The notes beneath the pieces are model-generated. The model did no database searches. It was not told the DNA's origin and saw nothing but the letters and a program-made list of their open reading frames with translations. A program made the position numbers and the translations under genes. Positions 1 to 12,214 of a stretch of 64,000 bases of DNA are shown here, in pieces. Source of the stretch: Callorhinchus milii (Eukaryota); contig NW_024704804.1 of assembly GCF_018977255.1 (NCBI RefSeq), forward strand, positions 186,001 to 250,000, written 5' to 3'. Position 1 is the stretch's first letter; each line of letters opens with the position of its first letter.

Positions 1-72
1 TCCCAGAATTGAACCGACAAACCAACCACAAGGTGCAGTTTCACTTTACAGTGTGATGATGTCTTATTTCAG

Positions 73-188
73 GGTCAGTGACGAGGGGTTTCATCTGTCA
101 GTGTGTGAGGCTGAGCTGCCGGTGGCCAAGTACAAATGGCCTTTGAAGAACACAGTCTGGAGACAGATTATAGATACCATCAGCCCAG
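73..188 (+). CDS. TRIM/RFP-like gene, penultimate coding exon (linker before B30.2)
   Basis: ttatttcAG acceptor ends at 72 and GTaaat donor starts at 189. It reads (x)VSDEGFHLSVCEAELPVAKYKWPLKNTVWRQIIDTISP, and its phase-1 end joins the 3400 exon in frame (G+CT = Ala, ...[15 protein letters not shown]). Upstream exons lie outside the window. Confidence 0.8.
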
Positions 189-265
189 GTAAATGTCTCC
201 CATTCTCAATCTGATGTCGTGTCAATGGCTTGACATTCACCTGGATTTCAAAACGTAATTGCTCT

Positions 266-600
266 TCCCCCCCCCCCCCCCCCCCACCCAACCCCCACAC
301 GCACAAATACACCCATCAGACACAGGAACCTCACAAACACACACCCACAGACACACATACCGTAACACACACACACAGTTCTCGCACACAACTCACAAAC
401 GCACAACCTGTCACACACAATCTCTCACTCACACCTTCACACAAAAAGCAAACATACACACACAACTCTTTCACAGACCTAACACACATCTCAAACATAC
501 ACGCTTCACACACACAGTCCTCAAACACACCATTCACACACACCGCTCTGACACACCTCACATACAAACACACTCACACACACCTCTTACACAACCCGTG
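266..600. repeat. Poly-C and CA-rich low-complexity tract (TRIM intron)
   Basis: C run followed by degenerate (CA)n. Confidence 0.9.
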
Positions 601-604
601 TATT

Positions 605-910
605 CCTTCAGCTCAATGATTGAAGCATTCACCTTGCAAGGGAGACACTTGTGTTCAATGCGGGGCAGGGCGAAACATTGGGCAAATTTCCTTACTCCAC
701 ACACGTCATATTAATCCCTCCAAAACAAAAAAACATTTAACGTTGGTCATTTTCGATCCACGACTGTTTGTGAGACACTGCTTTGCGTAAATTGCTGCCG
801 CGTTTTGCCCACAAATTTACGATCAATTCACTTTACAGTCTATCCTGTGAAGCGCTTTGAGATGTCGAGAAGACAAGAAAAGTGCAATGTCATATGCAAG
901 GATTATTATT
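605..910 (+). mobile_element. tRNA-derived SINE, diverged copy
   Basis: agctcaatgattga...gttcaat head, gggcgaaacattgggcaa, tgtgaagcgctttgagatgt..atgcaaggattatt tail. Confidence 0.8.
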
Positions 911-994
911 GCCTCTCTCACACACATGCACCGCTCACACATACACACATCACAAGCACAACTCTAATATACACAGCACTCACGCATACTCCCA

Positions 995-1725
995 TCACAC
1001 AGGAGGAGAGAAGATATATCTGTGGAGATGGAGCAGGAGGGGATGAAGTGGAGTTTGAAGTGGCCGAGGATAATGAGTGGATCGCAGCAGAGGCAGAGCA
1101 GGCGAGGCAGGTGGAGATAATAATAATAATAATAATCCTTGCATTTGATATAGCGCTTTTCACGTCGGGAGGACGTCCCAAAGCGCTTCACAGAACGCAC
1201 TGTAAAGTGAATTGACTGTATATTTGTGGGCGAACGCGGCAGCCAATTGCGCACAGCAATGTCCCACAAACAGTCGTAGAATGAAAATGACCAATTTAAT
1301 TATAGTTGTTGGTTTTTGGAGGGATTATTATTAGGCGTGTGGAGTAAGGAAACTTGCCCAAGGTTTCGCCCTGCCTGGAATTGAACTCAGGTCTCTCACT
1401 TGCATAGCGAGTGCTCTAACCACTGAGCTACAGGACTCCAGATGACAGAGATGAAGGTGGGGGAAGGTTTTCGTGGCAGCAAATTAGGATTTTTAGCGAG
1501 AGGTGGGAAGGATGGCAGAGGGTAAGGTGTTGGAAAGAGGGTAATGAGCCGTTGGAATAGGGGGTCAGGGCCAGTGATGCCCTGAAGCTAATGGCCACCC
1601 AAACACCATGACGGTTGGGGCTGGGGGCATGGAGGTAGGTGTAGCGGTTTGTGTGTCCTCAGTTATGGGGAAGGTGTCACCCGGGGTGAGCCAGGTTTCA
1701 GTGAGGGTCATAGTGTCAATGCTCT
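995..1725 (-). mobile_element. L2-like LINE ORF2 endonuclease fragment, interrupted by a SINE
   Basis: Minus strand near 1680-1720 reads IDTMTLTETWLTPGDTFP (APE-like LTETWL motif). Similar to the element at 18848-19100. Confidence 0.7.
1117..1440 (-). mobile_element. tRNA-derived SINE, young full-length copy
   Basis: Head ggagtcctgtagctcagtggttagagcactcgc..gagttcaattcc (Pol III A/B boxes), central gctgtgcgcaattggctgccgcgtt (Deu-like), L2-type tail ending in (ATT)n. Close to the 53706-54030 copy. Confidence 0.92.
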
Positions 1726-1729
1726 AACC

Positions 1730-3290
1730 CCTCGCCCACACCCTTAAACACACCGTCACACATTCCCACAAACGGACCCTCACACAGTCCCTCACACACA
1801 ACCCTAACATACCCCCTCATGCACACAATCAAGCAATCCCTCGCACAATCCCTCATAAGCAACCTCATGCACACCCTCACATACATCACTTACAAACACA
1901 ACCTCACACACACCGTCACACACACAGATATACACACACCCTCACAAACAGCTTCACACAGCCTCACAACACACTCATGCAGACCCTCACGTACACCCTC
2001 ACACACACTCTCACACATCTCCTCACACAAACCCTCACACATCCCCCTCACACACACCCTCACACCGACCGTCACACTGACCCTCGCACACTCTGACACA
2101 CACTCACACACACAACACTCACACACTCCATCACACACACTCTCACACAACCACTCATACAATCCCTCCACCAACCCTCACACATACCCTCACATAGATT
2201 CGCGTACACCCTGGAATACACCGCTGACAAACACATCCTCAGAGACCCAGTCACATACCCACACGCATCAGCAAACACCCTCACACACACACCCTCAATC
2301 ACAGCCTCACACACCCTTCCTACACACCCTCAGACACACACCATCACACACAAACCATCACACACAAACTTACGCACGTACACTCAAATACACCCTCACA
2401 TACACGCGGTCGAACATACGCTCACACAAAACCTCTCACATCGAAACTCACACACACACAACCATCTCACACCACCTCCTCACACACACAGCTTCACACA
2501 CACATTCACACACACCACACACACACACACACTCACACACATGCTCACACAGACAAACTTAACACATCCTTACACACACCCTCACACGCACACTGATACA
2601 CACCCTCACACAAACACTCACACACACCATCACTCATCCCCTCACATAGACCCTCACTCAAACCACACGAATTCTCACATATCCCCTCACACACACCCTA
2701 ACACAAGTCCTCACAGAACCCCTCTCACAGCCCCTCACACACAACCTCAGACACTCTCACACTCTCATTCTCACACTATCCCTCACATACGCTCAAACAA
2801 CCTCTCACATACCCTCACACCTTCCGCCACACACATCGCTCACACAAACTCTCACGCAAATACTCAAACCCTTCCGCACACATAACCCTCACATAATCCC
2901 ACACACAGACCCTCACACAGATCCTCAAACACCCCCGCACATAGCCCCTCATTCACACCCTCACACACCCGCTCCCAAACAACTGCGCACACACGTTCAA
3001 AAAACCCCTCTCATACATCCCCTCTCACAACCCCTCACACAGATCATCACACACACTCTTACACACACGGCAAAACACAGCCCTCACACATAAACCCTCA
3101 CACGCATCCCTCACAAACACACACTCAAAGACACCCCCTCACAAGCAAACTCACAAACAGCCTCACGCAGACTCCCACACACACTCTTCACACACATCCC
3201 TCACACAACTTCACAACCCCTCTCACACACACAAAATCGCACACAACCATCACACACAACCTCACACACAGACTCACTCGACGCTCAAAC
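1730..3290. repeat. CA-rich degenerate minisatellite (ccctcacacaca-like)
   Basis: About 1.5 kb of recurring ccctcacac motifs. It is the source of the His/Thr and Val/Cys pseudo-ORFs. Confidence 0.9.
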
Positions 3291-3399
3291 TGACTGTGAC
3301 CCTCTGAGCTGGATTGTGTCTCCAGGTGTTGGTGTGTTCACACACGGTCTGAGCTCCAGACGTCCCCTCACTACACTTTGTGTTGTTTCTCTCTCTCAG

Positions 3400-3941
3400 C
3401 TCCGGCCTCTCTGACTCTGGATCCTGACACAGCGAATCCCTACCTCATCTTGTCTGAGGACCTGACCAGCGTCAGAGACGGAGACACACGGCAGCAGCTC
3501 CCTGACTCCCGGAAAAGGTTTGATCCCTGTGTCTGTGTCCTGGGGTCTGAGGGCTTCACATCAGGGAGACATTACTGGGAGGTACAGGTGGCCAACAAGA
3601 CTGAGTGGGATGTGGGATTGGCCCGAGAGTCTGTCAGCAGGAAAGGAAAGATCACACTGACACCAGAGAACGGATTCTGGGCTGTGGTAATGAGAAACGG
3701 GGATCAATATCAAGCTGGTGCATCAGTTCTCCGCCTTTCCCTGAGAGAGAGACCCAGGAAGCTGGGAGTTTACCTGGACTATGAGGGGGGAGAGGTGACA
3801 TTTTACAACGCTGATAACATGTCTCATCTCCACACTTTCACACAGACTTTCACTGAGAAACTTTATCCTTACTTCTATCCCGGTGTTGATGATGGCGGCA
3901 AAATCTGTGATCCTCTGAGGATCTGCCGAGTGACAGATTAA
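3400..3941 (+). CDS. TRIM/RFP-like (TRIM39/TRIM27-type) terminal exon encoding the B30.2 PRY-SPRY domain
   Basis: Polypyrimidine tract plus AG at 3398-3399. Hallmark motifs [59 protein letters not shown] and LYPYF. Stop at 3939-3941. The N-terminal domains are not in the window, so butyrophilin-like cannot be fully excluded. Confidence 0.93.
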
Positions 3942-4023
3942 TGAGCAGGAAACCCTCAGCCATGACCTGTGTTTGGCGGCGATGGCCACGAGACCTAACC
4001 TTTTATAATCTGTGTCCTTATAC

Positions 4024-4029
4024 AATAAA
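4024..4029 (+). terminator. Candidate polyadenylation signal of the TRIM gene
   Basis: AATAAA about 83 nt after the stop codon. Confidence 0.55.
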
Positions 4030-4290
4030 GCTTGTGGTTTATATGACACCTTTCACACTGGGATCGCAGCTCAATCCTTTCTCGGAATCGACTGTGAAGC
4101 GACGGTTGTGTCTGTGAGCGAATATAAAGCTAATTTGCACGAAGAAAATCTAAAGTAAGTCAACTATGACATAATGAACATCAGTCTGGAGCTTTCAGCT
4201 CCTGATCTCGACAATAATAATCCCCACATTGTACACAGCTCCTCTTGACTTCTGCCAGACGTCTCAAAGCCTATCCCAGGCTTTATAAAT

Positions 4291-4630
4291 CTGCGTTAAT
4301 CCCAATGATACCCATGGGGTTTATCATTGACTTTCTGTTTAAATAATAACGCGCTCTCTGTGTACAACACGGGAAACGGTTTTAAAAGCCCCCATTTCCG
4401 CGGTGTTTCAAGTGCAATAGTTTAATAAACCCCAATGTTTGCGTTAATCACAATGATATAAATACGGTTTTGCGTTAACTTTGGGTTTTGATTGCAATCC
4501 CACAGCCGAGGACAAACACGGGAAACGGGTGTAAATTCCCCTCAGATCATCGGGGTTTAAAGTGCATCAGTGCAAAATATTCCCAATTCTGCATTAATCC
4601 CAAATATATAAACCGCTTTTTGCATTAACT
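4291..4630. repeat. Degenerate ~150-bp tandem repeat (about 2.3 units)
   Basis: tgc(g/a)ttaatc(c/a)caa recurs at ~4293, 4440 and 4590; aacacgggaaacgg recurs at ~4366 and 4515. Confidence 0.7.
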
Positions 4631-4719
4631 CTCTCCCTCTCTCTCACACTCACTCTCACTTTCTATCTTTCTCTCTGTCAATCAGCCGCTGTAGGCTTTG
4701 CTACAAACTGGAGACAAAT

Positions 4720-4840
4720 AGGGGCGGGGCTGGGTTTGGGGGCGTGGCCGGAGCTGGGGTCGGGCTGGATTGGGGCAGGGGCTGGGGCGGTTGGGGGGGG
4801 GGGGGGCGGGGCCGGGGCTGGGATTCGTTCACGGGGCCAG
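4720..4840. promoter_or_regulatory. GC-box cluster / G-rich tract
   Basis: Several GGGGCGGGG and GGGCGTGG boxes, a gATTGG, and many G runs. A shorter inverted copy lies at 63405-63470. Confidence 0.45.
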
Positions 4841-5567
4841 TGCAGGATTTTGATCTGTTGACCATATTCGGGATTTAAAGCGAGGCCGTCCCTCTCTTAA
4901 AGGGGAGAGGAGGTATTTTGGGGTTAAAGCCCTTTTTATAATAATGATAGTAATCCTTGTATTTGACACAGAGTGTTATCACGTCTTCGGAACGTCTCGA
5001 AGCGCATCACAGTATATACCGTAAACTGTCTCTGTAACAGGTCCTGTAGCTCAGTGATTAGAGCCCTCGCCTCGCAAGCCAGAGACAGGGGGTCAATCCC
5101 CAATTGGGGGCGAAACCTTGTGCAAGTTTCCTCTCTATGCACAGACACACCAAGACACACACACAGATTGAGACACGCGCACACAGGCACACACAAAGAT
5201 ACACCCCGATACACATAACGTCAGAGACACTCATACACAGAAACACAAACGCACAGACACACAGACACAGAGAGACACACACACATACCCAGAGACACAG
5301 ACACACACACACACAGTCCGGGACAGGCGGAGATCGCGATGTCCATCCGAGTGTCCATCACACAAGACTGGCTTGATTCCCACACTGGTTGCCAACCTCC
5401 AGATCAGCTCGAGGGAGACACTTTTCACCTCCCCTAAAGGAGTAGAAGGGATATTTTTTGCTAAACACGCGCTTTCAGGTGTCTGTAAGACGTCAACAGC
5501 CAATATCGAATGACAAGATTATTACTATTATTATTTGCTGAGAATACTGTGGGCAGTTACACAGTGC

Positions 5568-5604
5568 AGCACGCCCTCTGGTGGCAGTAAAGTGGTGCTG
5601 CAGG
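5568..5604 (-). promoter_or_regulatory. Candidate CTCF site (core plus upstream module)
   Basis: Minus strand ctgcagcacc-actttac-tgccaccagagggcgtgc matches the CCACCAGRGGGCG core with a TGCAG-type upstream module. Confidence 0.6.
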
Positions 5605-5869
5605 GTTTTGGCGGGGCATGAAAGGATTTCACTCTGTAACAATATAATAATAAAAATAATATAATTCTTGCATTTGAGCCAGTGCCTTATCACATCTTCC
5701 AGACGTCTCAAAGCGCTTTACAAAATATGCTGTAAAGTGATTTGACTGTCCATATGTGGATGAAACGCAGCAGCCAATTGCGCACAGCAGCGACCCACAA
5801 ACAGTCATGGATTGAGTGATCAAATTACCATTTTTTTTTCTTGATGGATCATTATTTGGCATTGATACA

Positions 5870-6280
5870 CCCAACCACTCCCATGTTTCTCCTGTATACA
5901 CAAAGACTCTCTGTGGGTCTCTTCTGTATAAACAGCCATTTCCAGTGCCTCCGGTTGTATACACACAACCTCTCCCAGCGTTCCTCCTTTACACACAATG
6001 AAATGGAGAAACTTCACACCTTCACACCTACCTCTCCCGCTGTCTCTCTTGTATACACACAGCCTCTCCCAGTGTTTCTCCTGTACACGTAGCCTCTTCC
6101 CGTGTCTTCCACTGTATAAACCAACCTCTTCCACTGACTCCCCTGTATATACACAGCCACTGCCAGTGTCCTGCCTGTATACACACAGCTCTCCCAATCT
6201 TTCTCCTGTACAAACAGCCTCTTCCAATATCTCCCACACACACACAGCCTCTCCCGGTGTCTCTCCTGTACACACACAGT
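5870..6280. repeat. ~32-bp minisatellite (tgtatacacacagcctctcccagtgtctctcc)
   Basis: Repeated degenerate units; a longer inverted counterpart lies at ~61830-62390. Confidence 0.8.
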
Positions 6281-6854
6281 ATAAAAATATAAATAACTCA
6301 GTATATCAAAACAATTGTATTCGTCTGACAGACTCACACGCTTCAAGGAAAGTAAAATAATTCAGCAAAGTCTTTTGCAAACTTAATCAGCCGTAAGTTG
6401 TGATTAACAAATTGAAACAGCCTAAGACAGGTATTACCTGATTTCTATCACAAGTGTTGGAGAAAATGTCTTATTTCCAAGGGAAGAAATGACGGATTTG
6501 GAATCAAACAAACTTATTTTGCCAATAATTTAATTTCTATTTGCACAATAAAAATCTTCATCATTAGAATATGAATCACTATCAAAAAACTGCATCAAAA
6601 AAAATTATATAAAACTGCAGACAGTATTTTGGATTTAAAGCGAGTCCGTGCTCTTCTTAAAGGGGAGACGTGGTGTTTTGGGCGATTAAAAAGTCTTTTT
6701 GTAATAACAATGATAATAATAATTGTCTTTATCCAAGCGCCTTATCACGACTTTGAGACGTCTCAATGCGCTTCACAGGATAGTGTCGTGACTGAGTTTT
6801 TACAGGATTCAATGCAAAGTGTTTTTGTAAAGTGTCTTGTAACTCAGGGTGTTA

Positions 6855-7114
6855 GACACACAACCACACACAGTCACACACATATACACACAGAGAGAGA
6901 GACACGCACACACACACACAAAGCACAAACATACACACACAGACAGCGATACACACGAGCATCAACGCAGACAGATACAGAGACAGACAGATGACAGACA
7001 CAGACACAGGCACACAGACACAGAAACGCAGACACAAACACACACAGAAACAAACAGACACACACAGACACACAGGACACACGCACAACACAGGCACAAT
7101 AATACACACTCTTA

Positions 7115-7145
<31 letters not shown>

Positions 7146-7203
7146 CACAGGCACAGAAACTCACACACAGACACGCACGCACACACACACACACACACAC
7201 ACA
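6855..7203. repeat. CA/CAGA-rich microsatellite
   Basis: (CA)n and cagaca runs; inverted copy at 60863-61240. Confidence 0.9.
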
Positions 7204-8339
7204 GCCCGGGACAGGCAGTGATCACAGTGTCCACCCGAGTGAACATCACGCAGGAATGGCTCCATTCCACATGAGTTGCAGAGCTCCAGATCAGCTCCAG
7301 GGAGACTCTGGTCACCTCCCCTCAAGGAGGAGAAGGGAATTGACTAAACAAGCGCTTCGAGGCGTCTGCAAGACGTGAGCAGCGCAATATCAAATGCCGA
7401 ATTATTATAAATAGTCTAAATACTCAGAATAAAGTGAACAGTTACACAGTGCAACACCAGCATCTGGTGGCAGTACTGTGGAACTGCAGGATTTTATTTG
7501 TAATTTGAACCCGAACTGAATCACAGCAAATGATTACTTCCCTCAAATCCACGAGGAGAGAAGGAGAAGCAGTGAATTGCTGTCTGTGTCTGACCGCTCT
7601 TTAGCACTAGACGCTGACAATCAGACCCAGGGACTGAGCAACACAATTAATGTCGTGGGATTCATTGCGAAAGAGTTTATTGACATAAACACATGAAAAG
7701 GAATGAAAATGGATTCGTCAATTATAAACCAAAACTGAGGAGAAGCTCCGAGTCCTGATCCTCCGTGAAGGAGGAGAAATAAATGCAGTTTATTGTTTGT
7801 TGTTGAGAAACTGCGAAGTAACTCGGAATCTCTGTCTGTCCGTCGGCCTTGGACATCCTCCCGACATGAAAGGCCTTTACACAAGGACATGTTGTTCCTC
7901 CCTCTCTCTCTAACACTCACTCTCACAATATTACACTCTGTCTCTGTCTCTCACATTCTTTATCTCACTCTCTCTCTGAGTGTCTCATATACACACACAT
8001 TCTCTCTCTCACTCTCTCCATTGTAGACAGGCAGAGTGCATATGGGAGACAGACAGTGAAGGAATGAGTGACTCTGTGTGTTCATGGACCTCACGTTTCA
8101 GGAGGTTGTCATCCCACAGCCATAGAGGATTCAGAGAGAGTATCTGTGCTTGTGGTAGGAAGAGGGGACGGTCAGTGCAGAATTCACATGAATGTGTGGC
8201 ATTAACACATTTGTCCCGTCAGGGTGATGACAACTCTGTGGAGAGGAGCCAATGGCAAATGGATGCTCTGTGGGACACAGAGAAGAGTTTCAATGAAACT
8301 GTCATTGGGGACAATCCCTTCAAAGGTATAGATAGATGT

Positions 8340-8800
8340 TTCTCCCGTGGTCACAGAAGATGCGGATGCAGCCAACGCAACAGTATCGGATACGCGGGCA
8401 GAGAAATTGTGTAGCTCAAGAATAAAACGAGAGAAATTTCGACAAATCAATCGGTGCTCAGGCTAGATAAGACACCCGGATCGCACGGGGTGAATGCTAG
8501 TTTACTAAAGGAAATAAGTGGTGCAATCCGGGACAAAATACATCTCCACAAAGAAAATTTTGGTTTAATTTAGAAGAGCCAATACAGTCCAACAAACCAG
8601 ATAATTTTTTTAATGAATTAACGAAGAGGGTGGAATAAGATTCTACAGTTGGTGTTGTTATGCATTTTAAAAAGGCGTATTAGATAGTATCATACAAGAC
8701 ACTTGTAAGCAAAATAGAAGCCCACGATTTTAAAGGGACAGTGGCAGCATGGAAACAGAATTGTCGCGGATACTGAAAGCAGACTGTAGAGGTGAACGGT
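8340..8800 (+). mobile_element. CR1-like LINE ORF2 fragment (decayed)
   Basis: Homologous to 59110-59750(-), which encodes KPGPDGMNPSLLKEI and NYRPVKLTS. Confidence 0.65.
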
Positions 8801-9842
8801 TATTATAGTTCCTAATATGAGGACTTGCAGATATGCAAACAATGCTGCAGGTGCAATCTATCGAATGATATGCACACATGTGCCATTGCCAGTGGACTTG
8901 TGCACACTCTGGTTCTACCTATAAAACCCAGTACACTGGCAGCTTTCACATAGAAATTTCGACACCCATTGATGGAAAGGTTTCACTTGGTGGCACTTTC
9001 AGTTTGGAGGGAAGTCTGCAGCGGTGTTCTCCATTTGTCTGTATTGGGACCACTGCTGTTTTTGATCGATATATATAATAAATATTCAATATATTAACAA
9101 AACGGGCAGCGCCTTCCTAGGTGAAGTATAGGAACGGAACATGGAGGCTGCTAGTAATTAAGAAATTAAATCCTGCAGCATTGTTTGCATATCTGCAAGT
9201 TCTCACATTAGGAACGATAATAATGTGTTGGAATGGAAACAGAAGAGCTGTACCAGAATGATACCAGGGATGTGGGCTGTTCAGTAAATGTTTCATTTTA
9301 GTTACCTGATGTTTGGTGGACATCTGATTGAAGACCGTGCAAATCTCTTTGCAGTCCAGAGCAGCCGAAATACACTGAGAGATTGAGCTCGGCTGCAGGA
9401 AAAACTTCACAGCTGGTCAACAAGGGCAGCATCTGGCAAAGAATTCAGCAACTGTCCTTCTAGCCAAACCCGAGAAGATTTGACGTTGCATCACTGGGCA
9501 CACAATAGGAGGCAAAGGATCGACAGAATGTATACCCACAGCGTAACGTGTGCTGATGACCTCAGATATTAGATATTGATGTGAGCAACAAAAATGATTC
9601 TATGAATGGAGGGCCTGGTCTCTGAGGTGTGCCTAAGTATATTGACCATTTTGACGCCGCAAAAGAGATTTTTGGGAGGCGACATGATTGCTTTCTTTAG
9701 TAATCTAAATGGGTGAAATTCAGAATAAATTTACACAAACACTATTTCAGTTCGCGGAGTGTTAATCTGTGGAAAATTCACGCTTGGGAGTCAGAGGCTT
9801 GAAGCAACGAGTGTTGTTTTTTTGAAACACGAATCACATATC

Positions 9843-10340
9843 TTATGAAATAACAATATGTAATTCAGCGCACAGAGAGATTGCGCAATCGGTGCATCCA
9901 CTCTGTGATAGTTTGGTACAATATTGGTTTCACTCTCACTGGGTAAGATCAAACCTGAGTGATGGATATTGGGCCAGAACAAGATCAACAGTTTCTTTAT
10001 CTCCAACTCACTAGCCTGATAACGAACCTCGTCTTATAACATTGAGCTCGGCCGCCATTCATTCCCTGTCATCACAACCCACAACCACAGGCATTTAATG
10101 CAACGTGCAATTGGCCTGAATCAGACACAGACACACCCTGACCACAACACGGGTTAGATTTCATTCCAGCTTTCTGTTGTTGCACACGTCACCTTGAATG
10201 TGGCTCAGCCCCCATGAGATCCTGCTTACCTCCCCCAAGGAATCCAGTCAGCAGTTGGTGCCAGCAGCGAAACATTGGCGTTACACAATCATTGGTGCAA
10301 ATAGCCTATTCCAGGTGGAGACAGTCCTGGGTTATAAAGA
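9843..10340 (+). promoter_or_regulatory. GPCR copy 1 proximal promoter: TATA box with C/EBP-like and RUNX-like sites
   Basis: TATAAA at 10333-10338 (~55 nt before the ATG), TTACACAAT at 10281-10289, palindromic GATTGCGCAATC at 9879-9890, AACCACA at 10083-10089. Confidence 0.6.
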
Positions 10341-10391
10341 CTGGCAGCTTTGAATGTCCAGGACTGAAAGTCTATCCGCTGCTGATAGACA

Positions 10392-10491
10392 ATGTTGAGG
10401 GCTGTAGCCTACTTTCCGTGGCAGTATTTGCCAACAATTTATCGGATACTGATAGTTTATTATCCTATTCTTGCAGCTATTGGTATTACAG
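10392..10491 (+). CDS. GPR139/GPR142-like GPCR copy 1, exon 1
   Basis: acaATG with an in-frame stop just upstream. Reads MLRAVAYFPWQYLPTIYRILIVYYPILAAIGIT (N-terminus and first half of TM1). Phase-1 donor G|GTAATA. Confidence 0.88.
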
Positions 10492-10969
10492 GTAATAAGT
10501 TACAGCAGCATTTTACTTGTTCTACAAGCTTTTTTATGGCACACTCATCTACGTTTCCTTGCCCAGCTGTGCCTCCTATTCCGCTGATGTCTTTTTTGAT
10601 GTCTCCAGAAGGATATGATTCTGTGGTTGGCTCAACCCTCTCTGCTCTCGCTGTGAGACTGATAGTGTGACCCTTATGTTTGATGGCCTGCTCGCTACCT
10701 CGCGTGTAACTTAGGTGACCATAGACACAATCCAAGCGAAATATCTTCCGGTCTGATCTGATGATCGCTCAAAATGGTGTGATGTGAAGACATTGAGCGT
10801 CCAGTGTTTCAGGACATATTGGCTGTAAGAATGTCTGACGGTGGGGATGTGTGAGCATATGAGCGAGTCAGCGGCTGGACGGGCCAGTTCTGTCAGTAGG
10901 TTGAGAGCCAGAGAGATTCCAGGGTAGGAACGGTTTGCAGATGTTTTGACAATCTTGATACCCTTGTAT

Positions 10970-11220
10970 CAAGGGCGAAACCTTGGGCAAGTTTCCTTAC
11001 TCCACACAGAGCCTAATAATAATCCCTCCAAAACCAAAAACAATAATAAATTGGTCATTTTCAATCCACGACTGTTTGTGGGACATTGCTGTGCGCCATC
11101 GGCCGCCGCGTTCGCCCACAAATATACAGTCAATTCACTTTACAGTGTGTTCTGTGAAGCGCTTTGGGACGTCCTCCCGACGTGAAAAGCGCTATATTAA
11201 ATGCAAGGATTATTATTATT
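10970..11220 (+). mobile_element. 5'-truncated SINE in the copy 1 intron
   Basis: agggcgaaaccttgggcaag...atgcaaggattattattatt. Absent from the introns of copies 2-4. Confidence 0.88.
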
Positions 11221-12214
11221 GTGTTTTCTAGGAAGGAGGCAGGGAAGCCTGGCAAGTACTAGATTGATGGAACTGCGGAGATTATAGGAGTGAGGATATG
11301 TTGGTGTTTTGAATGAGATGAATGTTGTGAACAGAATAGCTGGGCAGTCCACGGAGAAAAGCATTGGAGAACCACGGAATCATTGGTATCTGATCAACAA
11401 TAGAATGATTGAATTGTTTTCAATTATTTTGTAACTTCATTTTAATCAATGCAAGAAATGCTGGAAGCTTTCTTTCCCAAAATAAAATAACCAAGTAGAA
11501 CAGATACATGTGATCAAGTTTATTTGCGTTTAGATGCGAAATTTTAATGCGTGTGTGCCCTTTACATATTTTGATTTTATTGTGAATTATGCTTTCGTAA
11601 TGTATATTTTTAGCAATAATAGTGGAAATGTTATCTTCGTCTTAAACAATTGTAGGCGGATTTCCAATTCATGTTCTCGTATGAACGGAACACATATTTA
11701 TGTTAATTTTGATCCACAAATTTCAGGTTATCGTCAAAGCATTTACTTCACCAGATCCTACCAAATGTTGACATAATTCTGAATATAGAAGAATGATGAA
11801 TATTGCAATCTACCAACTTTATTTCGTGGATGCTTATCCAGGGAACGTGGAGAAACTTCATTCTATTTTATGGTAATGTCACAGGAGATCGTTTGTGTCC
11901 AAATGAATAGACGAAAGGCAGAGAATGAGTTTGAACATCTTATATGTTATTCGGTTTTCCTTAGTCTGTAGTTCATTGGTTAAATTATATATGTAGCTCA
12001 GTGGTTGGCGCAGTCGCCTAACAAGTGAGATAACTATGTTTGAACCCTTCAATCTCTCTTAATAATGCATTCAAAATATTTTTGAAAACAAATGATTAAT
12101 TCAATCCATGAACATTGGTGGAGAACAGCTCTGTGAATGCAGTTCGAGCAAAATACCTTCAAATTACGCAGCTAACAGTTAAATATGTTTGATTGCTGTT
12201 CACTTATCTCACAG

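Noticed and set aside
1365-1440. tRNA gene
   Set aside because: The A/B-box head continues directly into SINE body and tail and recurs with them; it is a SINE head.
230-2885. Long His/Thr-rich and Val/Cys-rich ORFs (also 5058-7315 and 60741-63280)
   Set aside because: Translations of CA/TG low-complexity DNA and minisatellites.
5560-5566. CACAGTG as a V(D)J recombination signal heptamer
   Set aside because: No ACAAAAACC-like nonamer at 12 or 23 spacing and no Ig/TCR segments nearby.
5870-6280. CRISPR-like array
   Set aside because: Eukaryotic context; contiguous degenerate units without unique spacers.
12193-12214. ORF-track start MLFTYLT (and MLFHFLT in other copies) as the true N-terminus
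   Set aside because: Non-ATG start inside the polypyrimidine/acceptor region; TM1 is only complete when exon 1 is spliced in.
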